Shown here: one piece after another, positions 47,507 to 60,861 of the stretch
Layout of the letters: each line of letters starts with the position of its first letter
How positions within the stretch are numbered: the first letter of the stretch is position 1
Assembly (NCBI GenBank): GCA_951406725.2
Contig: OX597814.1
Coordinates: 121,396,001-121,460,000, forward strand
Source of the DNA: Octopus vulgaris
Lineage: Eukaryota
Direction of reading: 5' to 3'
Length of the DNA stretch: 64,000 nt
Position numbers and translations under genes: made by a program
Notes under the pieces: model-generated
What the model was told of the DNA's origin: nothing
Seen by the model: the letters and a program-made list of their open reading frames with translations, nothing else
The model's database searches: none

Positions 47507-48069
47507 TGTATGTATGCAGTTAGGCAGGTAAGTATTATATACGTATGTATGCATGCATGTACGCATGTATGTATGCATGTATGTATGCATACCTTAGTAA
47601 ATCTTACTTCAGTTGGTCGGGGAGAGGGAGGCTAATCACAGATAAGATATCTGCGGAGAAGATTATTTCAAAGGTTTATTCTGGTGCTATCTTGAATGCA
47701 ACCCATTGCAAAAATGATGGACACAAAATGTTCATCATTAACACGCACAGTATTTCGTAAGCATTCTCTCTCGTGTAAGAGATATTAGCATCATCATATA
47801 GCCATGCGGTAATAAATGAATAAATATCCTGAGGGTGTCAAGTGGTCGTGATTATTATATGTACTTAATTTCTTCTACAAATTAGTTTCCATAGACTGAA
47901 GCATTATAATCCATGGAGCACTGTGTGGATATATATATAGTCATCAAATATTTTCCTTCTTAAATTAAATATGTTACAGATTAACATATTCGGTTAATAT
48001 GTTACGGTAAAACTTAACGCCTGAGAGAGCAGGACGTCAAAAATGAAAGGTAGCATTTAGAAACATGTT

Positions 48070-48366
48070 ATGGCATGGCTTAGTGGTTAGCGAATTCGGC
48101 TCACAGTCGTAAGTTCATAAGTTCGATTTCCTGCGGCGCGTTGTGTCCTTGATCAAAATATGTTATTTCACGTTGCTTCAGTTCACTCAGCTGGCACAAA
48201 AATGAGTTGTACCTGTATTTGAAAGAGGCAGCATTGTCACATTGTGTGTCACGTTGAATACACCTGAGAACTACGTGAAGGGCACATGTATCTAAGGAGT
48301 CTTAAGACACTTGCACATTAACTTTACGAGCAGGCAGTTATCACTTCGTTGTCGTGACCAACGGAG

Positions 48367-48370
<4 letters not shown>
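48070..48370 (+). mobile_element. Decayed tRNA-derived SINE (family C)
   Basis: A box TGGCTTAGTGGTTAG and B box AGTTCGATTTCC, followed by ttgtgtccttga...cagttcactcagctg; it ends at (TA)n. Confidence 0.75.
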
Positions 48371-48422
<52 letters not shown>

Positions 48423-48427
48423 ATATA

Positions 48428-48470
<43 letters not shown>

Positions 48471-48514
48471 ATATACGTATATATATATATATATGTATAT
48501 ACATATATATATAC

Positions 48515-48576
<62 letters not shown>

Positions 48577-51117
48577 ACATAGATAAATACAAATGTGTGT
48601 GTGTGTGTGCGTACGTCTGTATTTATTTATTGCGTTATTTTTATATCTAAATGTGCATGTACATATATATTTTTGCGCATATATTTTCTGAACATTTCAC
48701 AAATTTAATGTAAGTAAATGTTGTCTACCAAAATCTAGGCATGCATTACTATATTTTCTGGATGTGTTGCCGTTTATCTATAATGCCGTTACACTCTTTC
48801 TCTGTTGGAGCAGAATAGAAATAAAAAGCCATTGATACAGAAATATTGTGAACATATTAATTTTGTTTATAAATAGATAGAAAACATTTCACTACATCTT
48901 ATACTCATTAAAAGAAATAAATATTGACTACATGAATTTTCAGAGCTTTCAAGTCAAAGAAAATAAAATGAATAACTACTAAATTTAGCTTTTCTTTTAA
49001 TAACAACACCATCGATAAAAACCAATATTGCAGCAGACAAAACTGGAGCAAAAGTCTCTATTACCGGCACCAAAATGTTGAAAAAATAATGGTTATTTTC
49101 AGAATCTATCATGCATTACATTACTTCTTATAGTCGATACGACAAAAGGTCGAATCCGACATCAAGTCATTAATGAAAGCAAAGAGTGGCTTTCCCTTTA
49201 ATTAAATGTTCGATGGCTGCTTTAGAGTAGATGATTGTAATACAATGATAAGGATTTTACATAAAGAATATAATGGATAATGTATATACATCTGTAATAT
49301 ATTCCTCCCATACCGAAGTTAATAAAACTACGAGGGAGATAAATATCCATCGTATTTCCATTAATACATTTTCCAGGATAGATTTATCTTCGTTTTATCT
49401 TCGCCATTTCTGCCGTCTCTTTTCACGATATTTTTTAACCATTCTATTTCGTTATATCGATATGGTCATTCACTCATAAAGAACCAACTGTAGCATAGTG
49501 GCAACATAATTGGTTATATAATGTTCACCTGCTAATATGACCTATTGACTTCTTAATTACATATTACTATGACTTGTTAATTCCTTAATTATATAATTTT
49601 CCAGCTGTTTAAATTTACAAGCATTAATATAATCAATTAGGAAGACAGAGACCACACAAGTTGTGTGCTTTAGATATCATCATCGTCATAGTCTTTGTTA
49701 TTGTTGGAATTTTTCCTTTTTTGTTAGTATCTTTTGATGTTTTTCATTTTTTTGTTATTATTTTGTTGATGGATTTTGTTACTTTTGCAGGTGGTTTTTT
49801 CATATAGGAACAGTTCAGGTCTTTCCAAATCAAGGCCTCGAAAAATATCAGAATTGAATATTTCTTTTAGGTTGCAGAAATATATAGAACTACATTATCT
49901 AATGCAGCTTTACATCCGTAAGCATAAATGATTTCATGTGAGGAAGAATTCATGGCTATTTCTTGCATGTTTACCCACCCTGTAGCGTTATAGAGCATAA
50001 TACAGGTGACACGGTACGAACACCTAATCTTTCGTTTGGCGACCAGTATTCTATTCAATGTACCAGCTGTTCATTATCACCAAGGAATAGCTGCTGCTGC
50101 TGCTACTACTGCTGTCTACTGCTGCTGCTTCTGCTGCCACTGCTGGCTACTGCTGCTGCTGCTACTACTACTACTACTGAATTATGTATAGCAAAATACA
50201 CTACACGAGTATGCTTTCATAAACGAGACAATGGTAACACTAAATACAAAACAAACTTAAATTAAATCATAAAATTACAACCGCTCTGCCACCACCCACG
50301 CACCACATACCCTATGTGGGCGTGTGGGCGTCTATGTGGGTGGGGAATGACATGTAGGTATAGAGGATAGCATTGCAATGACAGCAGGATAAACAGAAAG
50401 GCATAAATATAAATACATGCAATAATGAACAATTCCTGTGCACAGCCATACATATCCATGCACACGCAGAGGCACCCAAACATACACACATAAAAGAACA
50501 CACAACCACACACACGCATATACTCTTACCTATTCAAAGAAAAGCAACCGGCTACATCACACACACATACAAACACACACACGCTCAAACACTCACACAC
50601 ACAGTCAAGAATGCACACACGCAAACACACACACGGATGCTTAGTTATTCATAAAGCAACAGATTACACCACACACGCGCGCGAAAATATGCTCATACCA
50701 CACAGCGGAACGTACACACAAACATAAGTAAACACTCACAATCGTCATACATACACGCATAAATACATACATACAAACATACACACATGCATACACACAT
50801 ACATACACACATACATACAAACATACCTGCATACATACGTACATACAGACACCAATAGGTATAAGACTAGTTTTCAGACGGACTGAAAGCTGACTTTCAA
50901 GAATGAGAACGTCATTGATGAGACCAAAAACAGCGACGAAAGGACTCTGATAGAGATACCTAACAGCCGTTTAATTGTTCAATCAGCACATTAAACAAAG
51001 TGTTGATATGTTAGTTGATGAAATGACGACCTGGTACCGAAAAAGTAAGTCTGATTATTTTAGTTTTTATTGGCATAACGACTCTTGCTAGTCCCAAGAA
51101 ATGAGACATTCTCTCGT

Positions 51118-51506
51118 TACTCTTTTACTCTTTTACATGTTTCAGTCATTTGACTCTGGCCATGCTGAAGCACCGCCTTTTAGTCGAGCGAATCGACTCC
51201 AGGACTTATTCTTTGTAAGCCTAGTACTTATTCTATCGGTTTCTTAAGCCGAACCACTAAGTTACGGGGGAGTAAATACACCAGCATCGGTTGTCAAGCG
51301 ATGTTGGTATGGGGGGGGTACAAACACAGACACACAAACGTATACACACACATACACATATACATATATACGACGGGCCTCTTTCAGTTTCCGTCTACCA
51401 AATCCACGCACAAGGCTTTGGTCGGCCCGAGGCTATAGTAGAAGACACTTGCCGAAGGTGCCACGCAGTGGGACTGAACCCGGAACCTTGTGGTTCGTAA
51501 GCAAGA
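51118..51506 (-). mobile_element. tRNA-derived SINE family B with internal (CA)/(TA) tract
   Basis: Minus strand: B box GGTTCAGTCCC then ACTGCGTGGCACCTTCGGCAAGTGTCTTCTACTATAGCC, with an (AAAGAGT)-type tail. A second copy lies at 62618-63003. Confidence 0.88.
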
Positions 51507-51731
51507 TAATGTTAGATGTGGACCGTTTTGACTGGAACGTCCTTAACAACGCTTCTCTTAGATTCAATTTGTCATAGGACCCTTGGCTAGCAAAATGACT
51601 CTATTTAATTAACTACCGAATTTCAGCTAAGGTCACAAATTAGTCGGCATTGAAATCAATCCTCAGGTACTCTGCATTTATTATAATATATACAACCCTC
51701 TCTCCCCCTCACCCTCTCTATCTATCTATAT

Positions 51732-51966
51732 CTTATTTCTTTATTGCCCACAAGGGACTAAACATAGAGGAGAAAAACAAGGACAAACGGAGGGATTAAA
51801 TCGATTACATCGACCCCAGTACGTAACTGTTACTTAATTTATCGACCCCGAAAAAATGAAAGGCAAAGTCAACCTAGGCGGAATTTGAACTCAGAACTTA
51901 ACGGCACACGAAATACCACTAAGCATTTTGCCCGGCGTGCTCACGTGTCTGCTTGATAGCCACCTT
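51732..51966 (-). mobile_element. tRNA-derived SINE family A
   Basis: Full match to the 17127 copy, flanked by the repeat atctatctatatct (probable TSD). Confidence 0.9.
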
Positions 51967-52449
51967 CATCTATCTATATCTATCTCTTCCGTCTGTGTGC
52001 GCGGGTGTGCGTATGTATATTTGTGTGTTTGTGTTTGTGTGTTTCCAAAGGAATTCCATTTCCCGTCACAAGATTTTTCAATCAGAAAAGTCTCGCTGAC
52101 TGTAGAGAGGTATATTTATGAACAACCAGCATTCTGTGCTTACGCTTAGAAAGATGAAAACTATTTAAAATACGTAATACACTTTAAATATGCTTTCATA
52201 TATTAGCTATTTAATACAAGTATGTGTCGATTCAACTCACAGATAAAGACTTAGCAGCTATGAAATTCTTTCATCTGGAAACCATTTTAATAAAATGTTA
52301 CAGAAGCCTCGTTCATCAGCATTTATAATTGCCACTATAGAACACTAGAGATGATATAAAGATTACTCACACACATCTATAAACATAGATAATAACTCGC
52401 AGGGCCAAGTTGACACGTAAATTATTCTGTTATACATTGGAACTAAATT

Positions 52450-52740
52450 CAGTAGTAGTGGTGGTGGTGGTGGTGGTGGTGGTGGTAGTAGTAGTAGTAG
52501 TAGTAAAAGAAGCAACAGCAGAAAAAAGGAGGAAGGGGAGAAGAGGAAAAGAAAAAGGAAGAGGAGGATGGGAAGGAGAATAATAATAATAATAAGGGAG
52601 GAGGAGGGGAAGAAGGGAGGAGGGGGGAGTGGGGAGGTGGATGGGAGGATGAAGGGAAGAAAAAGAAGAAGAAGAAGAAGAAGAAGAAGAAGAAGAAGAA
52701 GAAGAAGAAGAAGAAGAAGAAGAAGAAGAAGAAGGAGTAG
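52450..52740. repeat. Compound (GGT)/(AGT)/purine-rich/(AAG)n tract
   Basis: Directly visible. Confidence 0.9.
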
Positions 52741-53476
52741 AACAAATGCCGTTGTTCTTGTTTAACTCGAGGATAACACCGATTGAAAAGACTTATTATC
52801 AAATGCAATCCACTCCTGACCACCACAGCTTGTTTTTCGAGCAACTATACCAAAATTGCATTGCTTTTGCATAATGTGATTTCAGGAAAATTTCGCAGTT
52901 ATTTCTAAATGCTGTTCATCATGGTGATGGGGACAATAGTAGTAGTAGTAGTAGTAGTGGCAATGGTGGTGGTGATTATATATGTATATGGCATAATCTT
53001 ACTACCTGCATTTCACAAATGGTCTCATATAGACTGCTCTTTCTGCCCTAGAGGATTTTCTAGAATTTATTTCTCGAAACTCCGAGCTGGATTTGGCCGC
53101 TATTTCTAGCAATTACGGTCATCACCTAGATGCTACTTTGTTGCTTCTTGATATTTTACTATTTGTTAATTCGTATAAAAAAATACTAAGTTATGTAAAA
53201 GAGGATATTGATACTTAAAGCATCAGACTACCTGATTTACTACATTATATGTACATTGATATTCGCAATTTTATATTCTTATAGTCTATTTTGCTTTGGA
53301 AATCTTCGGAGCAAATAATGAAATTCTTGATACATAAAATATCATCTGATAACCTCCACGGATTGAGGTGAAAACTACGTAGATCTACTCCTAAGTAAGT
53401 TGAGCATATTCAGGTTACAGAAAAGATGAATTGTCGATTGAGATATTTAGATATTTAGTTTCCTTGCAATAACTTA

Positions 53477-54357
53477 CTTGGACTCATCAATAAGTATTAG
53501 GGCTGTTGCTATAGTGACGAATCGGAAGCAGGTAGAGTGAAGCTGCTAGGCACAGACTGTCCTTGAACTTTGCTGTGTATGCGCACTAAGTTTTAACGTT
53601 GAAGCTCATTTCCACTGTTTACAGCAGTGCTTGGAAGGAAGATGTGTATGGTGTGATCGTCGTATTGATTATGACAGGGAAAGCTGACCAGAGAATCTGC
53701 ATCAAATTTTGACAAAAGCTTGGTGATACCCACTCAGAGGCCTACGCAAAGTTTTGAAAAATCTTTCATTGTACTCGACACAATCAAGGGGATCTTGTGC
53801 AACTGAAACCCGAGTGGCTTTTTGCTCAGCTGAAAGCAGCTTTGGCACAAACTTGGCGAACACGCGTCTCATACATATATCTTCAGTGATAGTGGACTGA
53901 ACTGAACCGTAACGAATCTGCACATACTCTGATAACTCACGGATGGAGATTCAACGATTTTCTCCTCATAGCTGCACCCACATATGTGATATTTTTCTCA
54001 GTTCTGCTGGTTGCGGGTATCCCAGAACGTTCGTCAATATCGACATACTTTTGGCCATCTTGGAAATGAATGAACCACTTGTACACTTGTGCGCGGCTCA
54101 TACACTCCTCTCCATACTCCTTCTGCAACTGAGCATGAATCACCATGACAACTTTCTATATCATGGTCAATGCAACGATCACGCACTACACACCTTCCTT
54201 CCAATCACTGCTGTAAACAGCGGAAGAAACCTAGTACGTGAAATACCAGTGCGCCTCCACAGCAGAGTTGAAGGTTAATCTTTGCTAATTGTCCTCACTC
54301 TGTGTGCTTTAGCTTCGTTACTATAGCAACAGGCTGATACTTATTGGTTAGACCTCG
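53477..54357. mobile_element. Mariner-derived fold-back element with two 5' ends
   Basis: TA-flanked TIRs CTTGGACTCATCAATAAG and (reverse complement) CGAGGTCTAACCAATAAG. The inverted homology continues ~200 bp to the ATG. The + arm encodes MTGKADQRICIKF*QKLGD; the - arm encodes LQKEYGEECMSRAQVYKWF...DERSG...AKFVPKLLS...FFKTL. Confidence 0.88.
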
Positions 54358-55319
54358 TACAATGTTTTTTTTGTTGCTCTTGTTGTCCTTCAACCTATTA
54401 CAAATAGCCTAATCTCCATTATATGCCTCAAGGTCTGTATGCCCTTGACGTTTTCTAAACGTTTTGAAAAATACATTTTTCAGTCCTTATTACTATAGTC
54501 TATAATCAAAAATATTCCATCCACCATTGTCTCCTCTCTTTGTAAAATGTTAACTACCTTGCCAACTGCCCTGCTCCGGTTAAAATTTTGGATATTCCTT
54601 CAAGGAGTTAGGCTGGTGTTTCGAGGAAGTAATTTAAGATTTGGATAGGATCTAGTGATTGAATTTGCTTTCAACTTGTTTCAGAATTGATGAAATCGTT
54701 ATAGTGCTGCGATAGACTTCATTCATATATTTCATAAACTTCTTACACAAGGAAACTCTGTGATTACATTTATATCAATAAGTCTTTCATGTATTCGTGC
54801 GTTTAAATTAGTTATCTTTTAAGGCGAAGACAGATATGGCTATTATATTAATGGATATTAACCGCAATGTAGTTCAAACTCCTCGTCTCTTACTCTTATT
54901 TTTACAAACGTTCTCTCTTCTTTCTTTCTCTTTAAATCACAAACTGAAAGATACTACTTACTTCTCTTAGATTCCTTAATTATATCTAACATCAATTGGA
55001 TGCTTTCCAATTACGTTCACCTAGTCTTCGCAATGAGGTTTCCCTCTATATTTCTTTCTCTTTCACCACTTTACCTATCTGTGTCTCTGTATAACAAAAT
55101 CTTTGTCTCTCTTTCTTTCTTTCTTTCTCTCTTTCTCTCACACACCCTCTCTTTCTATCTCTCTCCTTCTCTCTTTCTACTTATCTTTCTTTGTCTCTGT
55201 CTCTCGTTCTTCCACTCTTCGCCCATCTCCTCTTTCCAGCCTTGCAGCTATCTCTCATTCAATCTTACATTCGTCTTATATTTATTCTCTGTCTATAACA
55301 TAGTCGAATTTGTACTTAC

Positions 55320-55409
55320 ACCTCCATTTTCAGGTTCTGCATATCCCCCGGTATATCGCATTGACGCTCTTCGAGCACGCTTTACATTTTTAGCTTTCTT
55401 CGCCATTTG
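55320..55409 (-). CDS. Internal (probably penultimate) coding exon of a minus-strand host gene, likely an AMPA-type ionotropic glutamate receptor cytoplasmic tail
   Basis: Minus strand: polypyrimidine acceptor ttttttctctattttcag|, then 90 nt open in phase 0 (QMAKKAKNVKRARRASMRYTGGYAEPENGG), then a perfect |GTAAGT donor. It is a GC-richer unique island in AT-rich DNA and joins in frame to the exon at 21223. The iGluR identity rests on my recall of molluscan GluR tails (basic post-M4 segment, YTYT motif, T-E-V/I end) and is less certain (~0.55) than the exon call. Confidence 0.8.
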
Positions 55410-55745
55410 CTGAAAATAGAGAAAAAAAGAAGATAAAAGTTTAAGTACGTCAACAAGACTTGCAAACACTCCCACCTCTCTTTACTACAATCGTACCGTA
55501 TGGTGCGTAACAATTGAGGAAACGTCCATTTCTGTACATACTCATTTTATCCCTCACTGCAGGAATTACGTTCCCGTACAGAAAACTGAACCAAATAAAA
55601 TTTTGTAAATGAATACCCAGCTGTAAGGAGGCTCCATTTTATCGGCAGCTACAACATTCGAAATGCTTGGTGAATGCTAAGAGTGAACCATACATTACCT
55701 GAGACAACATCAAATCCACTGGCTTACTTATCTGATACCATATTG

Positions 55746-56048
55746 TTTGTTCCTTCTAGAGCCACGCCTGGATCATAAGGGCCGGTTTCCCGGTTTCCTT
55801 GGCGCATAGGTTCCCCACCTGGACGGAACGCCTGTCCGTCGCAGGTGAGCTGCTAGATGCAGGAAGAAAGAGTGAGAGAAAGTTGTTGCGAAAGAGTCAG
55901 CAGAAGTTCGCCATTACCTCCTGCCGGAGCCGCGTGGAGCTTAGGTGTTTTCGCTCATAAACACACACATCACTCGGTCTGAGTTTCGAACCCGCGATCC
56001 CTCGACCGTGAGTCCGCTGCTCTAACTACTAGGACATGTGCCTCCACG
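55746..56048 (-). mobile_element. tRNA-derived SINE family D with perfect 14-bp TSD
   Basis: Minus-strand tRNA head TGTCCTAGTAGTTAGAGCAGCGGACTCACGGTCGAGGGATCGCGGGTTCGAAACTC. TSD ctgataccatattg at 55732-55745 and 56049-56062. Confidence 0.92.
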
Positions 56049-57112
56049 CTGATACCATATTGAATAAGTCTAACGTATTTTTTCGTTTAGTAGTTGATAC
56101 ACAAAAAAATAGTGATAGTTTACAAGACATTTATTGATAACAGAACAGGTGAAATTAATTTTTGCAACACAATGATGATATCACACTATGAAAGAGTTCA
56201 GAAGATACATTTGATATATTTTTACTTGATAATTGCTCTGTAGAGAGTATTTATACCACTTGTTATCGATATTTCATAATCTAAACCAATAGTTTAAATA
56301 TTAGGCAATATATTTCCTTATAAATTCTGGACAAACATTCCCTTCCAAAGATTTAAAGGATTGTATCAGAAATTACAGGAATTCATAAATAGGTAGTTTC
56401 GTTTCTCTATCAAAGTTTTAATACCTCAATCTCACAGCTCACAGCTCAATTTTCATGAAAATGTAATCTATTTTCTTATGGTTTCGAAATGACAGATATT
56501 TAAGGAAATTCCATTACATTCTTTCAAAAACTCCTACATGGATTTCATTTTACGAGTGGATATAGCAACAGCGGCATAATTTAAAACACACTACAATCTT
56601 CACGTATTATGTATCGTTTTGATTTTTCCTTCGGTCATTGGGAAGTTGTTTTGGCTATATTTGTGAGCTTTCTATTCACGTGCTATACAATAAAAGAAAT
56701 CATCCGTTACTGAACTATTAATGACGGGTAGAAATAATAGAAATCATACGCTAAGTTGGATGGTGCATCACGTAATCAAATGAGCATATGAGACTCGATA
56801 TGTAGGTGCTTGCTTATCGTTTGACAAACGAAAAGAGACAAGTGGATATGAGTAAGAGCAGGAAATAGCAACCATATGATTAAGATTTAAATGAGACTGT
56901 TAGAGCAAGTTCAAGGAGTAGAGATTTAGACAGCTTAACATATGGAAATTGATTTAATGTGAAAGAGAAAGCTCAAAAGAAGGCAACCTATGCAAGAGAA
57001 GAAAATAAGCATGAAAGCACCAACGAAGGAAGGAAGAAAAGAAGAGAATGAAAGGGAAAGCGAATAAATGAATGAACGAGGGAAGAAAAGATAGTAACAA
57101 CTAAAGAAAACA

Positions 57113-57338
57113 AGCTGGCAGAAACGTTAGCACGCCGGGCGAAATACGTAGCAATATTTCGTCTGCCGCTACGTTCTGGGTTCAAATTCTGCCGAGGTCG
57201 ACTTTGCTTTTCCACCTTTCAGAGTCAATAAATTAAGTACTAATTGCGCACCGGGTTCGATATAATCGACTTAATCCCTTTGTCTGTCATTGTTTGTCCC
57301 CTCTATTTTAGCCCCTTATGGGGTAATAAAGAAATAAG
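57113..57338 (+). mobile_element. tRNA-derived SINE family A, plus orientation
   Basis: agctggcagaaacgttagcacgccgggcg...gggttcaaattctgccgaggtcgactttg...ggtaataaagaaataag. Confidence 0.9.
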
Positions 57339-58084
57339 AAAACGGCTGAATGAGGGAAGGAAAGACAGAAAGTGGGAAGTGGAAGTTAGAGAAAGGAAAG
57401 ATCGAAAGAACGACAGAACTGAAAAAAAAACTGGCAGAAATGACCAAGAACAAAGAGAGACTGACAAAGAAAGGGATAGTAATTAATAAACAGATTTTCT
57501 TTATGTTAATGTGAGATTTGATGAATTTAATAGACGTTGATGCGGTAACCTTGTAATAGTAGTAAGAGTGATCAATAAGAGAAAAGAATTATTAATGGGG
57601 AGATAAGCAGTGCGTTTAAGATAAGCTTATATATTCCCCTTTATCTATGAATATCTACGTTTTACAGAATTTCATATCTCCTGAATTGGTTATAATTGTT
57701 TCGCTGTATCCCGATGAGATGGCAGAATCGTGACATCGTCGCTATAAATACCTTGAAGTTGTTCTTTTGGCGTTTTAACTTTTGTGTTCATATCCCTCCG
57801 AGTTCACATTTCCGTCCTCTAGGATCGATAAAATACACTACCATTCGAGTACTGGGATCAGTGGCATTAACGACAGCCGCCCAGTAAAATTTCAGGGTTT
57901 GTGCCTAAGTCAGAGAGCATGAATACGTTTTACTCAAAAGCTATTACATGCTAATTTAATTAGACGACATGTTATTCTGTGCTTTAGTAACGACAAGTCT
58001 CAAAATCTCAAAGGTTTTTCTAAGGATACTTGCAGAATATATGATGGCACATTCTGAAGGTTGACTATACGTGTCCCAATTTAA

Positions 58085-58560
58085 AATTACTTCTCCTTCT
58101 TAGGCATCAGTTTGGCTGTTGTGCCAAGGAAACGATCAGTTACCACAGGAATAATTGTCACCTATGTCCTCCAAAATCCCTGCAGGTCTTCAGCCCGGTA
58201 CTACCATTTCTCAGCATTTTTTTCGGCTACTTTGCTATTTATTTTCTATCATATAGTACTGCAAAGCCCATCATCTTATCTTTTATTTTTATTTCGATCA
58301 CCGATCATATTGAGGCTTCTAGCCTCAATAGAATGGTTTGCCTTAACGAGAAAATCCCATAAAATCATGCAATAATAATTCTTTATCATAGCCTCTGGGT
58401 CGTTTTCCAACTACTTTCCTGAAACTTTGATTCCGCACATTCGGCTTACCTTTCAAAGTACACTTCTACCACCACAGGCTTTGCATTCGTTCCCTAAGTT
58501 TTATCAGGCATTTTGCTTATTAGCCTCACTCTTATGTCTTGTTCATGAGCGGCTGTAATT
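58085..58560 (-). mobile_element. Ancient R4/Dong-like endonuclease-region remnant
   Basis: Minus strand ITAAHEQDIR...PEAMIKN...ILWDFLVKANHSIEAR...VTIIPVVT..LGT. Its 5' side lies near the (TTA)n tract at 58711-58909. Confidence 0.6.
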
Positions 58561-58726
58561 AGCGATTCAGTTTTCTTTTATATGTATTTATTTGTCTTTC
58601 GTTTTTATGTTTCTAGCTTCCAGCCATAACCAGCGTTCATTTTATTTCAACGTTCTTGACTTACGTTATATATTCTTATTCTTCGTATTATTATTCCTGT
58701 TCATAAAGAAATTATTATTATTATTA

Positions 58727-58909
<183 letters not shown>

Positions 58910-59345
58910 TAAAACGATCTTATGTCGTCTTCAGGGAAAGTTAATTTAATTTTTCTGCTTCAGAGAGAGGATTATTTTTACTATTTTCAAGTGACTGTCT
59001 ACTATATACATAAAATTTCATTGTCTCTGACTGAAACGGTGTTCTCAACATAGAAACACTTAATTTTTACTGAAGTATTATATTAAGAATGAACAGCTGG
59101 ATCTCAGAGAATGGGATCTGAGCTATTATACATGTTCTAAGAACATATGAATTACTTGAGTAGGTACTTTATACAAAAATGCGTAACAAGGAACTGTTCG
59201 AGTACGATATATTTGTGGACATTGTAGAAATTAGCTTATCCAGTGTTCTGATTGGTTCTTACTTTCTTGAGGCGCAATCTACTTTTGCAATAGTTTGGTA
59301 CAGGAGTGCTTCATTGACGAGGATTCAATGCATTTTCATCGTACA

Positions 59346-59735
59346 TTAGCAGTATCGCTCGGTGTTGCTCGGGTTTGTTTCGACCCTTTAGAATTGGAAT
59401 TTTTGAAAAGTAAAAATTTTGCATTATATAGCTTGTTATTCTCTTTAGTGAACATTTTTCTGGTTGAAATACACCGAGAAATGGCGACACAGCAGTCAAA
59501 AAATCGTAAAAAATAGGGATTTTCATAGAAAAAAAAGCACCTTTTTGATGTATATAATTTTTGGTGTTAACATAGTCCGATTTGAATTGTTTCTTCTACG
59601 GAATGAAGAGCAAGCCTTTGTCTATCATACTCAATTTTAGTCAACTTGCGCCGCAGTGTCTCGGAGGAGATAGTGTTAGTTGAAGGCAACCAAACCTGTC
59701 ATACACAGACAACTTCAGCTTTATATAGAGAGAGA
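59346..59735 (-). mobile_element. Non-autonomous Helitron
   Basis: The minus strand starts A|TCTCTCTCTATATAAAG and ends with the imperfect GC hairpin CCCGAGCAACACCGAG about 10 nt before CTAA|T. This gives 5'-TC, 3'-CTRR, an A/T insertion site and no TSD. Confidence 0.65.
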
Positions 59736-60861
59736 TTAAGTAGGATTGATCAAGAACGACGCTATAAATGAGAACGTCTAGACTCGAAAATTCAAGTCTT
59801 GATACGATACAGCACATGGGAACTATATCACATATCATAAATATATGACCGTTGTAAAACTCCTCTTTTGTTATTTTCTCCATTCCGTTATGATAGCTTA
59901 TAATAACATTCACGATTTCATTATAACATTTTGGTTGACGAATATTCGTGCAACAAACACGTGATAAATTATGTGTAATTCCATACATTATATCAATGGC
60001 AATATTCTATACACCTGAATTTTCACCATTTATTGTATATTGACAAATGAAATAGAAATTTTTGTTCTCTATTATAATATGAAAATACCTTCAAACATTG
60101 CTTTAGTATTCAACAGCTCCAAGGGGATTTGCAAATAATAAGTAAACAGTCATTAATTCAAGAAATGAATTATTTACGCACCTATTCCTAAATAAAAGCT
60201 ATTAGAGTAGATAATTGTGATTCATGTATGGCTATTGTTCACATTTCTGCGATGTTTGAATATTGCTATTGCAATATCTCTTTACATAATGGTTGGAAAA
60301 TGACTCAGGAAAATTACTTTGACCTTTCCAAATGACAAAATAAAGTGAATATATGTTACTAATTTATTGAATTATACGTCATTTAGCAGGTGGTTTTCAT
60401 AAAGAGAATCGTTAGAAACCAGTGTTACATTACATTCCTGAGAAGATGGCCTATTATCAAGAATACCGACTTTGCACTTTTAGTTCATTGCAAACAAATA
60501 CAGAGAAATATATGTAAAACATACATTATAAACGTGGTTGTTAATGATTCATATAGTCAAGGAAATGCGTAAAAGATAGAATAAGTGTTACATGGAAAGA
60601 TAATTGCGAAAGATTTTACCCAAAGTATGATGATATATCAAAACCTACTAACAGAGCAAAGTGAATATGGAACACTTATTTCTATATAGACACAAGGCCT
60701 GCAATTTTGAGAAGAGACAGTTAACTGATATCATCAACAATATCAATTGGTTGGTATTTAAAAGAAAAAAAAATAGTTCCTTCCAAAATATAAAACCACC
60801 ATTATTATTACATAGGGCTTCGTACTTGTAAATGCATTAGTGGTATTTCGTTTGTCTTTAG

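Noticed and set aside
55970-56048. tRNA-like sequences here and at 48070-48140
   Set aside because: They are SINE heads continuing into SINE bodies, with a TSD in the 55746-56048 case; no complete cloverleaf.
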